Positions 35,145 to 44,006 of a stretch of DNA of 46,569 nucleotides are shown here, in pieces. The DNA lies in contig JACQIX010000025.1 in the NCBI GenBank assembly GCA_016198275.1, positions 1-46,569 of the forward strand. The letters are read 5' to 3'. The notes beneath the pieces are model-generated. The model saw only the letters and a program-made list of their open reading frames with translations. It did not search any database and was not told where the DNA came from. The position numbers were made by a program, and so were the translations under genes. Numbering within the stretch: the stretch's first letter is position 1; each line of letters starts with the position of its first letter. The stretch is from Candidatus Daviesbacteria bacterium (lineage in GTDB: Bacteria; Patescibacteriota; Microgenomatia; Daviesbacterales; UBA10151).

Positions 35145-36214
35145 AAAAAATCCCGGTAGGGATAATAGGCGCTACCGGCATGGTTGGTCAGCGTTTTGTT
35201 ACCCTTTTAAAAAATCATCCCTTTTTTGATATAGTTGCTTTGGCAGCTTCTCCCCGTTCTGTCAATCAAAAATACCAGCAAGCAGTTAAAGGCAGATGGG
35301 TTATGTCTGAACCAATCCCTAAGTCCATTAAAAATATCAGGGTAATGGGAGTGGAAAAAGATTTAGAAGAAATTGCCAAAAGGGTGGAGCTGGTATTTTC
35401 AGCTCTTGATATGGAGAAAGAAAAAATTCGATCCGTTGAGGATGGATTTGCCAATTTGGGGGTGGTGGTTGTTTCCAATAATTCAGCCCATAGATGGACT
35501 AAAGATGTTCCGATGATTATGCCGGAGATAAATCCACAGCATCTCAAGTTGATTAAACACCAACAAGAAAACCACGGCTGGAAAAGAGGATTTGTAGTAG
35601 TCAAACCTAATTGTTCTATCCAATCATATGTGCCAATGCTGACTCCACTACTAAAGTATGGTATCAAAAAAGTAGTGGTCACAACTTTGCAGGCGGTATC
35701 AGGGGCAGGTAAAATTCTAAAAGATTGGCCCCAGATGCAGGAAAATCTGATTCCTAATATTCCCGGTGAAGAAGAAAAGTCTGAGATAGAGCCTTCAAAA
35801 ATTTGGGGTAAATTAATTGATGGTCAGATTAAACTGACTGGCCCAGCTATAAGTGCAACTTGTATCAGGGTGCCTTTGGAGGATGGGCACATGGCTGCTG
35901 TGGCTGTGTCTTTTAAGAAAAAAGTCAGCAAAAAACAAATTATTAATGAGTGGAAAAAGTTTAACCCATTAAAGTTTTTAAAATTACCGTCTGCCCCGAA
36001 TCCTTTTATAACTTATTTTGAGGAGGATGATAGACCTCAGACTAAGCTGGATCGGAATTTGGAAGATGGAATGGGTATAGCAGCAGGTAGGTTAAGGGAA
36101 GATGGGGAAGGGTTCAAATTTATCGGGCTTTCCCATAATACTATCCGGGGAGCTGCAGGAGGGGCGATTTTAACTGCAGAATTGTTGATGAAGAAAGGAT
36201 ATATTGATGGCTAA
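35141..36214 (+). CDS. asd: Aspartate-semialdehyde dehydrogenase
   Basis: GATGMVGQRF, PNCS, QAVSGAG, RVP..GH, HNTIRGAAG. Confidence 0.95.
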   Translation: MKKIPVGIIGATGMVGQRFVTLLKNHPFFDIVALAASPRSVNQKYQQAVKGRWVMSEPIPKSIKNIRVMGVEKDLEEIAKRVELVFSALDMEKEKIRSVEDGFANLGVVVVSNNSAHRWTKDVPMIMPEINPQHLKLIKHQQENHGWKRGFVVVKPNCSIQSYVPMLTPLLKYGIKKVVVTTLQAVSGAGKILKDWPQMQENLIPNIPGEEEKSEIEPSKIWGKLIDGQIKLTGPAISATCIRVPLEDGHMAAVAVSFKKKVSKKQIINEWKKFNPLKFLKLPSAPNPFITYFEEDDRPQTKLDRNLEDGMGIAAGRLREDGEGFKFIGLSHNTIRGAAGGAILTAELLMKKGYIDG

Positions 36215-37394
36215 AATCAACCCTAATTACAAAAAGTTACCTCAAACTTATTTGTTTTCCGAAATTGCCCGTAAAACTAAAGCTTTTTCTGAGGCTAATT
36301 CAGGAGTGGAAATTTTAAGATTGGGGATAGGTAATACTACTTTAGAGTTGGTACCGGAAGTAATTAAAGGATTAAAGAGGGCAGTTGAAAAGTTAGCAAA
36401 TGTTCGAACTTACAGCGGATATGGAGATGAACAGGGAGATATTAGGCTAAGAAGCGAATTGGTTAACTGGTATAAAAAAAGCGGAGTAGCCTTAAATGAG
36501 CAGGAAATTTTTATTTCTGATGGGGCAAAGCCTGATGCAGCCAATATTTCTTCTATCTTTGACCAAAAAAGCATAGTAGCTATTGCTGATCCGGTTTATC
36601 CTGTTTATCTTGATGCAAATATTATAGGAGGCAAAAAAATTATTTTTTTGGAAGCTGATGAGAAAAATAATTTTATCCCCAAACCTCCAAAACAAAAAGT
36701 GGATTTAATCTTTTTATGCAGTCCCAATAACCCCACAGGAGCTGTGGCAAATAAAAAAGATCTTTTGCAGTTTGTAAATTATGCCATCAAACAAAAGTCT
36801 GTAATTATTTTTGATGCAGCTTACTCAGAGTATATTACAGATAATAGTTTGCCAAAAAGTATTTATCAAATACCTGGGGCCAAAAAATGTGCCGTAGAGC
36901 TGCAAAGTTTTTCCAAGTCAGCAGGGTTTACCGGAGTTAGGCTTGGCTGGACAGTAGTACCTAAGCAGTTAGTAGTTGAAGGTAAAGGAGATGTTAATAG
37001 AACCTGGAATAGAAGACAAACTACAATGTTTAATGGAGCTTCCAATATTGCCCAAGAAGGAGGTTTTGCTATTTTATCTTCCAAAGGTCGAAAACAAACC
37101 TTAAAACAAGTCAGATACTATATGGAAAATGCAAAACTGATTAAAAAGGGCTTGGAAAGTATTGGCTTAAAAGTAACGGGAGGGGAAAATGCCCCATATC
37201 TTTGGGTTAAATGTCCAAAAGGGTTAACTTCCTGGCAGTTTTTTGATAAATTACTTACCCAGGCTCATGTGGTTTCCACTCCAGGGGTTGGATTTGGAAA
37301 AATGGGAGAAGGGTATTTGAGGTTTTCTTCTTTTGGGCATAGGGAGAATGTGATGAAGGCTGTGGAAAGCATAAAGAAGTATTTAAAATTATGA
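36207..37394 (+). CDS. dapL: LL-diaminopimelate aminotransferase
   Basis: INPNY..L...YLF.EI, LGIG, GYGDEQG, SDGAK, SFSKSAGFTGVRLG, NAPYLW, TPGVGFG. Confidence 0.92.
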   Translation: MAKINPNYKKLPQTYLFSEIARKTKAFSEANSGVEILRLGIGNTTLELVPEVIKGLKRAVEKLANVRTYSGYGDEQGDIRLRSELVNWYKKSGVALNEQEIFISDGAKPDAANISSIFDQKSIVAIADPVYPVYLDANIIGGKKIIFLEADEKNNFIPKPPKQKVDLIFLCSPNNPTGAVANKKDLLQFVNYAIKQKSVIIFDAAYSEYITDNSLPKSIYQIPGAKKCAVELQSFSKSAGFTGVRLGWTVVPKQLVVEGKGDVNRTWNRRQTTMFNGASNIAQEGGFAILSSKGRKQTLKQVRYYMENAKLIKKGLESIGLKVTGGENAPYLWVKCPKGLTSWQFFDKLLTQAHVVSTPGVGFGKMGEGYLRFSSFGHRENVMKAVESIKKYLKL

Positions 37395-38644
37395 GAAAGA
37401 CCTTGACTTTTACCAAACAGCAAATAGAAGAGATTATCAAATCCTATCCTACCCCTTTTTATATTTATGATGAAAAAAGGATCAGGGAAAATGCCGGAAG
37501 GTTTTATAAAGCTTTTGACTGGGTAGCTGATTTTAAAAATTATTTTGCTGTTAAGGCTTGTCCTAACCCGCATATCTTAAAAATCTTAAAAGAAGAAGGA
37601 ATGGGAACAGATTGCTCTTCTTTGCCGGAATTGGTCATGGCAGAAAAGGTGGGGATTTTAGGAGAAAATATTATGTTTTCCTCAAATAACACCCCGGCAA
37701 AGGAGTTTAAAAAAGCCAAAAAAATAGGAGCAATTATAAACTTGGATGATATTACCCACATTAATTTCTTAGACCAAACAGCTGGTTTGCCTCAGATTAT
37801 TTGTTTTAGGTATAACCCCGGGCCTTTGAGGAAAAGTGGAGTAAATACAATCATTGGTAAACCGGAAGAAGCAAAATATGGTCTAACCAAAGAGCAACTT
37901 TTTGAAAGCTACAAATTAGTCAAGCAAAGGGGAGTAAAAAGGTTCGGTTTGCATACCATGGTTGTTTCCAATGAGCTGGGGATTTCTGCTTTGGCCCAAA
38001 CTGCCAAGATGCTTTTTGAGCTGGCCGTAGGGATTTATAAAGAACTGGATATAAAATTGGAGTTTATTAATTTAGGGGGAGGGATAGGTATCCCTTATAA
38101 ATTAAACCAAAGAGAGGTTGATTTGAATAAACTTTCTCAAAAGATAAAAAGATATTATCAAGATATTATTGTTAAAAACGGACTTGACCCAATTAGGGTA
38201 GTATTTGAGTGTGGCAGAATGATAACAGGGCCTTTTGGATATTTAGTCACCACTGTTATTCACAAGAAACATACCTATAAAGAATATATTGGGGTTGATG
38301 CTTGTATGGCCAATTTGATGAGGCCTGGGATGTATGGAGCTTACCATCATGAAACTGTTTTGGGCAAAGAAAACAAGTCGCTAATGCAAACTTATGATGT
38401 GGTGGGTTCTTTGTGTGAAAACAATGACAAGTTTGCCATAGACAGAAAACTGCCCACAGTGGAGACAGGAGATATTATAGTAATCCATGATACTGGCGCT
38501 CATGGCTTCGCCATGGGGTTTCAATACAATGGGAAGTTAAGATCAGCAGAGCTTTTGTTAAAACCAGATGGAAGGGTAAAGCAAATTAGAAGGGCGGAGA
38601 CAGTGGAGGATTATTTTTCCACTTTAGACTTTTCAAGTATTTGA
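37391..38644 (+). CDS. lysA: Diaminopimelate decarboxylase
   Basis: TPFYIYDE, FAVKA (PLP lysine), KYG, NLGGG, ECGR, GSLCENND, MGFQYN. Confidence 0.93.
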   Translation: MRKTLTFTKQQIEEIIKSYPTPFYIYDEKRIRENAGRFYKAFDWVADFKNYFAVKACPNPHILKILKEEGMGTDCSSLPELVMAEKVGILGENIMFSSNNTPAKEFKKAKKIGAIINLDDITHINFLDQTAGLPQIICFRYNPGPLRKSGVNTIIGKPEEAKYGLTKEQLFESYKLVKQRGVKRFGLHTMVVSNELGISALAQTAKMLFELAVGIYKELDIKLEFINLGGGIGIPYKLNQREVDLNKLSQKIKRYYQDIIVKNGLDPIRVVFECGRMITGPFGYLVTTVIHKKHTYKEYIGVDACMANLMRPGMYGAYHHETVLGKENKSLMQTYDVVGSLCENNDKFAIDRKLPTVETGDIIVIHDTGAHGFAMGFQYNGKLRSAELLLKPDGRVKQIRRAETVEDYFSTLDFSSI

Positions 38645-38664
38645 AAATGTAATTAAAATTACGT

Positions 38665-39726
38665 ATGCAAGTTAGAAAAACTAAAATTATTTGTACTATT
38701 GGTCCTGCGTCTTGGGATATTGAGGTGATAGGTCAATTAATTAAAGCAGGAATGGATCTGGCCAGATTAAACTTTTCCCACGGTACTTATCAGGAAAAAG
38801 CAGAGCAGATTAAAAATATTAGAGCTGCCAGCAAGAAACTAAATAAACCAATAGGAATTATTGCTGATCTGGCTGGGCTAAAACTAAGACTTGGTACTTT
38901 TGCCGGACAAGCAAACGGCAAAGATATACCTGTAGTTTTAAATACAGGAGAAATCATTCAGTTGGCAAAAAATCCAGTAGGAAATGAGATTCCCATCCAA
39001 TTTGATCTAAGCCCATACCTAAAAACAGGACAAAAAGTTTTATTGAATGATGGATTGGTAGAAACTGAGGTTTTGCAGATTAAAGGGAGGGTCATTTTTG
39101 CCAGGGTATCCAACAAAGGATTTATCTCATCAAACAAGGGAATTAATGTGCCAGATTTAAACTTAAAAAGGGCTTTTTTAACTGAGAAAGATGTGGGAGA
39201 TGCTAAGTTTGCTTTGAAAGAAGGGGTAGACTTTTTAGCCTTATCATTTGTGCAATCTGCCAAAGACCTGGGAGTTGTCAGAGCTTTAATTAAAAAAAAC
39301 AAATCTGAAACTAAAATTATTGCTAAATTAGAAAAACCCAAAGCTATAGAAAAATTGGAAGAAATTATTAAAGCAGCTGATGCCGTTATGATAGCCAGAG
39401 GCGATTTAGGTATTGAAACAGAAGCTGCAAGAGTGCCTTTATTGCAGAAAAAGATTATCCGTCTATCACGGCAGCATTTTAAAATGGTGATTGTAGCCAG
39501 CCAAATGCTGGAATCCATGACAGAAAACCCAAGGCCAACTAGAGCTGAAGTATCTGATGTGGCTAATGCTGTTTTTGATCAGGCTGATGCTGTGATGTTA
39601 TCTGCAGAAACAGCTAACGGGAAATATCCTGTTGAGTCAGTTAAGATGATGGCATCAATTATCCAATCAGTTGAATCTGATGAAGAATATAATTTCCTAC
39701 TTGAAAAAAATATTCTTAATGTTTAA
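38665..39726 (+). CDS. pyk: Pyruvate kinase lacking the C-terminal domain
   Basis: TKIICTIGPAS, RLNFSHG, IAKLE, MIARGDLG, PTRAEVSDVANA, MLSAETA; only 353 aa. Confidence 0.92.
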   Translation: MQVRKTKIICTIGPASWDIEVIGQLIKAGMDLARLNFSHGTYQEKAEQIKNIRAASKKLNKPIGIIADLAGLKLRLGTFAGQANGKDIPVVLNTGEIIQLAKNPVGNEIPIQFDLSPYLKTGQKVLLNDGLVETEVLQIKGRVIFARVSNKGFISSNKGINVPDLNLKRAFLTEKDVGDAKFALKEGVDFLALSFVQSAKDLGVVRALIKKNKSETKIIAKLEKPKAIEKLEEIIKAADAVMIARGDLGIETEAARVPLLQKKIIRLSRQHFKMVIVASQMLESMTENPRPTRAEVSDVANAVFDQADAVMLSAETANGKYPVESVKMMASIIQSVESDEEYNFLLEKNILNV

Positions 39727-39744
39727 GCTTTGTGAATAGAAATT

Positions 39745-40365
39745 ATGGCAAAGAAAATTGCTGCTGATATTTTAGGAACCTTGCCTGATTGGGTTTTAAA
39801 GGAACATATTAAAAAAGGGATTATTAAGATAGATCCTCTGCCCGGGGACTGGGAAAATTCGGTAGATGAGGTGACGCTTGATTTTCATTTAGGCAACAAA
39901 CTGCGGGTTTTCAGCGGGGATGGCTGGGATATTATAGATACCAAACATACTGCCAAGGAAGATTTGGAAAAAATGATGAAACTGGTGGAATTAAAAAAGG
40001 GTCAACCTTTTATTCTAACTGACCATGACTTTGTCATAGCCACCACCAAAGAAAGGTTAACTTTGCCTGATAATATTGTTGGGCATTTGCATGGTAAATC
40101 CTCTTTAGCAAGATTGGGGGTGGTGGTCCATTCCACGGCAGCCAGGTTTGATCCTGGTTGGGACGGCCATCCGGTTTTGGAATTTGGCACCTTTTTAAAA
40201 GGCAAAAAAATAGTTATATACGAAGGTAGTCCAATTTGTGCTTTTTCATTTGAAAAATTGACAGCCTCAGTGCAAAGATCATATAAAAGTTCTCCTAATA
40301 ATAGGTATGGTGGATCTGATTTGCCTGAAGTTTCTAATATTACTGGCAAAAAAATTAAAATTTAA
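39745..40365 (+). CDS. dcd: dCTP deaminase
   Basis: GKSSLARLG, DPGWDG and LE (catalytic Glu). Confidence 0.85.
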   Translation: MAKKIAADILGTLPDWVLKEHIKKGIIKIDPLPGDWENSVDEVTLDFHLGNKLRVFSGDGWDIIDTKHTAKEDLEKMMKLVELKKGQPFILTDHDFVIATTKERLTLPDNIVGHLHGKSSLARLGVVVHSTAARFDPGWDGHPVLEFGTFLKGKKIVIYEGSPICAFSFEKLTASVQRSYKSSPNNRYGGSDLPEVSNITGKKIKI

Positions 40366-40467
40366 ATATCAAACATCAAAATGCAAAATGACATACTAAG
40401 ATTTAAAATGTTTTAAAATTTTAAACTTTGCATTGTCACTTTGATTATTACAATTTAATCTTTACAT
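40350..40467. repeat. Intergenic inverted pair of heptamer arrays
   Basis: AAAATTT AAATATC AAACATC AAAATGC AAAATGAC ... TTTAAAC TTTGCAT TGTCACT TTGATTA TTACAAT TTAATCT TTACATT. Confidence 0.7.
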
Positions 40468-40468
40468 T

Positions 40469-41029
40469 ATGTCTGTACTTGGTATTAATGAAATTCGCAA
40501 AAGAATTAAAAAGTATGGCTTGATTAAGGATTTAGCAGAGAGGGAGCTGAAAAATCCGGAAGGGGTGGGATTGGACTTGAGGTTAGGTTCTGTCCATAAA
40601 ATTGTCAAAGGAGGAGCTTTTATTGAAGTTGACGGGCAAAAGTTAGGAAAAAGAAAAGGAGTGGAAACAAAGCCAGTAGTTCAGTTTGCGGAAGGAAAAG
40701 TACAGGAAATTACCATTAAACCTGGGGAATATTTTCTAATTCAGACTGTGGAAGAAATTAACGCACCTTTTGATTTAATGCCACAAGTGCATATGAGAAC
40801 CTCACTTTTTAGGGCGGGGCTTTTGCTCTTAAATTCCAAAACAGACCCAGGTTACTCAGGGGTTTTGACCATGGGACTGACCAATTTATCCCCTTTTCCG
40901 GTTAAATTACAACTGGGAGCCAGAATTTGTAATATAATCTTTCATAAGATTGTGGGGAAAACCACTAAATATAGGGGTCAGCATCAAGGAGGCAGGGTTT
41001 CACCCAAAATTGCGGAAAGACAGGTATGA
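40469..41029 (+). CDS. Dcd-like trimeric dUTPase (archaeal-type) candidate
   Basis: [26 protein letters not shown]; lacks the deaminase Glu. Confidence 0.7.
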   Translation: MSVLGINEIRKRIKKYGLIKDLAERELKNPEGVGLDLRLGSVHKIVKGGAFIEVDGQKLGKRKGVETKPVVQFAEGKVQEITIKPGEYFLIQTVEEINAPFDLMPQVHMRTSLFRAGLLLLNSKTDPGYSGVLTMGLTNLSPFPVKLQLGARICNIIFHKIVGKTTKYRGQHQGGRVSPKIAERQV

Positions 41030-42030
41030 AAAAAAATCAGGAGTATCAGTATTTGAATTTGTTAAAAGATATTTTTAAAAATGGTGTTGATAAACCTGTG
41101 TTTAATAATCCTGGTGTTTATATCAGATCAGTTTTTGGTAGACAATTAAGATTTGATTTATCCTCTTTTCCTCTTTTAACAACAAAAAAGGTCTTTTTAA
41201 GAGGTATTATTCACGAGCTTCTTTGGTTTTTGAAAGGTGATTCCAATATTAAATACCTTATTGATGCTAATGTGCATATTTGGGATGAATGGGCATATAA
41301 GAACCTGCTTCGCTCGCGCTCTAAAGATATTGTAGCGCTCGCTCGCAGAACCTTGTCCAATTCTTCCGAAAAAAGTAAAAATTCTTCCGATACTATAAGT
41401 CAAGATGAATTCATTACACTTTTAAAGGCTCTACCAATAGGCCATCCTTTTGTTAAAAAATATGGAGATTTGGGGAATGTTTATGGGGTGCAATGGAGAA
41501 GATGGAAAACTTCAGATGGTAGAGCTATAGATCAGTTAGCATGGGCGATTAACGAACTAAAAACCACACCGTACCGAAAATCAATTGTAGTTTCAGCCTG
41601 GAATCCCGAGTTTATTTACGAGATGGCCTCGCCTGGCAAATCTATGGCCTTACCTCCCTGTCATACCCTTTTCCAATTTAATGTCAACAATGGTAGGTTA
41701 TCATTACAGCTTTACCAAAGGTCAGCAGATTCTTTTTTAGGGGTGCCTTTTAATATTGCTTCATATGCACTTTTTACTATGATGGTTGCTCAGGTGGCAG
41801 GGTTTAAACCTGGAGAATTTGTGCATACTTTCGGGGATGTGCATATTTATAGTAATCATTTTGCTGCTGCTAAAGAGCAGTTAAAAAGAAAACCAAGAAA
41901 ATTTCCCACTATGAAAATAAATCCCGCAGTAAAAAAGATTGATGATTTTCAGCTGGAAGATTTTAAACTGGAAGGATATGACCCGTACCCTTCCATAAAA
42001 GGGGAAGTAACAGTAGTAGGGGGGTTCTAA
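41026..42030 (+). CDS. thyA: Thymidylate synthase
   Basis: FPLLTTK, ELLWFL, IWDEW, YGVQWR, LPPCH, YQRSAD, PFNIASY. Confidence 0.97.
   Translation: MKKNQEYQYLNLLKDIFKNGVDKPVFNNPGVYIRSVFGRQLRFDLSSFPLLTTKKVFLRGIIHELLWFLKGDSNIKYLIDANVHIWDEWAYKNLLRSRSKDIVALARRTLSNSSEKSKNSSDTISQDEFITLLKALPIGHPFVKKYGDLGNVYGVQWRRWKTSDGRAIDQLAWAINELKTTPYRKSIVVSAWNPEFIYEMASPGKSMALPPCHTLFQFNVNNGRLSLQLYQRSADSFLGVPFNIASYALFTMMVAQVAGFKPGEFVHTFGDVHIYSNHFAAAKEQLKRKPRKFPTMKINPAVKKIDDFQLEDFKLEGYDPYPSIKGEVTVVGGF
41305..41348. repeat. REP-like bulged palindrome read in frame within thyA
   Basis: CTGC-TTCGCTC-GCGCT...AGCGC-TCGCTC-GCAG; encodes [15 protein letters not shown]. Confidence 0.65.
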
Positions 42031-42038
42031 ATGAAACT

Positions 42039-42581
42039 ATGAATAAACCTAAAATATCTATCATAGTTGCTATGGCCGGCAAAAAAAGAGTTATAGGTAA
42101 AAAAGGAACTCTTCCTTGGTACATACCTGAGGAGCTAAAAAGATTTAAAAGTATCACCATGGGATATCCAATCATCATGGGCAGAAAGACCCATGAATCT
42201 ATTGGCAAACCTTTGCCCGGGAGGACTAATGTTATTGTGACCCATGAACCAAATTATCAAGCACAAGGTTGTATAGTAGTACATAATTTGGAGGAAGCCC
42301 TTCGACTCGCTGCGCTCGCTCAGGGTAAACCCTTCGACTATGCTGCGGATGTTTTGGGCAATGACGAAATATTCGTCATTGGAGGGGGACAAATCTATCA
42401 GCAAGCTTTAAAATTTGCAGATAAATTATATTTAACTTATATAGATAAAGAGATAAAAGGTGATGTATTTTTCCCGGATTATTCGGAATTTAAAAAAGTG
42501 ATTTGGGAATCAGATTGGCAAGAACATCAAGGGAAAAGATATAAATTTTTTGAGCTGGAAAGAACTGATATAAATCATTGA
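42039..42581 (+). CDS. folA: Dihydrofolate reductase
   Basis: VIG..LPW, IIMGRKTHESI, PLPGRTN, IGGGQIY, GDVFFP. Confidence 0.96.
   Translation: MNKPKISIIVAMAGKKRVIGKKGTLPWYIPEELKRFKSITMGYPIIMGRKTHESIGKPLPGRTNVIVTHEPNYQAQGCIVVHNLEEALRLAALAQGKPFDYAADVLGNDEIFVIGGGQIYQQALKFADKLYLTYIDKEIKGDVFFPDYSEFKKVIWESDWQEHQGKRYKFFELERTDINH
42298..42339. repeat. REP-like element plus a partial tandem copy, in frame within folA
   Basis: CCCTTCGACTCGCTGCGCTCGCTCAGGG-TAAA-CCCTTCGACT; encodes LRLAALAQGKPFD. Confidence 0.7.
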
Positions 42582-42604
42582 GGATTGAATTATAATCAGC
42601 ATCT

Positions 42605-42678
42605 TGTTAAAATACACACATTACGCACTCATGGTATAAGTCTCTGATACTACTAACCATGGGGAGGGAAAAGAGACT
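42605..42678 (+). promoter_or_regulatory. rpsB promoter and structured 5' leader candidate
   Basis: TGTTAAAAT, then ACACAC; stem CTCATGGT/ACCATGGG; loop AGTCTCT complementary to AGAGACT just before the ATG. Confidence 0.5.
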
Positions 42679-43530
42679 ATGTATAAACTACCAAGCTTAG
42701 AAGAGTTATTAGAAGCTGGTGTTCATTTTGGACACCAAGTCAGGCGTGGTCATCCCAGGATGAAACCATATATTTTTGGTGCCAGGGATGGAGTGCATAT
42801 TATTGATTTAACCCAGTCCCACAAATATCTTAAAGAAGCTTCCGAGTTTGTTTATGAGTTGGGAAAGACAGGAAAAGTATTACTGTTTGTTGGAACTAAA
42901 AAACAAGCCAGGCCGATTGTGGAAAGTTTAGCAAAAAAACTAAATGCTTCGTATATGACGGAAAGATGGATGGGAGGATTTTTAACCAACTTTGAAGAGA
43001 TTAAAAAAAATATTAAACTGCTAAAAGAATTTAGACAGCAGAAAGAAAAAGGCGAGTTGGCAAAATATACCAAAAAAGAACTGTTGCTGCTGGATAGAAA
43101 AATGGCCAAACTGGAAAAAGACTTTGCCGGTGTGATGGATTTGGAAAGATTGCCGGATGCCATCTTTGTGACAGATGCTGTTTCAGAAAATATTGCTGTC
43201 AGGGAGGCAAACAGATTAAAGATAAAGGTGGTGGCAATTGCAGATTCAAATTGCAACGTATCGGAAATAGATTATCCTATTCCTGGCAACGATGATGCCA
43301 TCAAGTCAATTAAGATTTTGGTTGAGGCAATTGCTGCGGCTTTAGAAGAAGGTAAAAAAGAGGGAGGAAAACAAGCTGCTAAAATTGCTAAAAAGGAGGA
43401 GAAAGAAGCTGCCAAAAAAGCAGCAGAAGAAGAGGGGGCAATAGATGAGCAATTAATAGTGGAAGTGGTAGCAGCTGAGGAACAGGTAGAAAAAGCAACA
43501 GTTAAAGAAGCAGAAAGGGTAGTGGAGTAA
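42679..43530 (+). CDS. rpsB: 30S ribosomal protein uS2
   Basis: LLEAGVHFGH, FVGTKKQA, RWMGGFLTN, IPGNDDAIKSI. Confidence 0.98.
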   Translation: MYKLPSLEELLEAGVHFGHQVRRGHPRMKPYIFGARDGVHIIDLTQSHKYLKEASEFVYELGKTGKVLLFVGTKKQARPIVESLAKKLNASYMTERWMGGFLTNFEEIKKNIKLLKEFRQQKEKGELAKYTKKELLLLDRKMAKLEKDFAGVMDLERLPDAIFVTDAVSENIAVREANRLKIKVVAIADSNCNVSEIDYPIPGNDDAIKSIKILVEAIAAALEEGKKEGGKQAAKIAKKEEKEAAKKAAEEEGAIDEQLIVEVVAAEEQVEKATVKEAERVVE

Positions 43531-43549
43531 GCGGCAAAAACGTAAGATT

Positions 43550-43999
43550 ATGAATATCGAAGATATAAAAAAATTGAGAGAACAGACAGGGGCTGGGATT
43601 GCCGACTGTAAGGAAGCCTTGAGTTTATCGAAGGGTGACACGGAAAAGGCCAAAGAGTGGTTAAAAAAGATTGGTTTTGAAAGAGGAGCTTCACAAGCTG
43701 AAAGAGAAGTTAAGGCTGGGTTGATTGATGTATATTCTCATGGAGGAAAAGTGGGGGTGATAGTTGAACTTTTATGTGAGACAGATTTTGTAGGGAGAAC
43801 CGAAGATTTTAAAAATTTAGCTCATGAGATTTCTTTGCAGATTGCCTCTATGAATCCTTTCTCAATAGATGAATTGTTAAAGCAAGAATATATTAGGGAT
43901 AACAGCCAGACTGTGGATCAGTTAATAATGTCTGTTTCTTCCAAACTGGGGGAAAATATTCAGGTAGGCAGATTTGAAAGAGTGGCTTTGGGAGAGTAA
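43550..43999 (+). CDS. tsf: Elongation factor Ts (short form)
   Basis: IKKLREQTGAGIADCKEAL, ELLCETDFV, KLGENI..RF.R. Confidence 0.95.
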   Translation: MNIEDIKKLREQTGAGIADCKEALSLSKGDTEKAKEWLKKIGFERGASQAEREVKAGLIDVYSHGGKVGVIVELLCETDFVGRTEDFKNLAHEISLQIASMNPFSIDELLKQEYIRDNSQTVDQLIMSVSSKLGENIQVGRFERVALGE

Positions 44000-44006
44000 A
44001 ACGATA

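Noticed and set aside
23553-39518. Long antisense ORFs such as 23553..24011, 35266..35682 and 38958..39518
   Set aside because: They fully overlap well-conserved genes on the opposite strand and have no motifs; typical codon-bias shadows.
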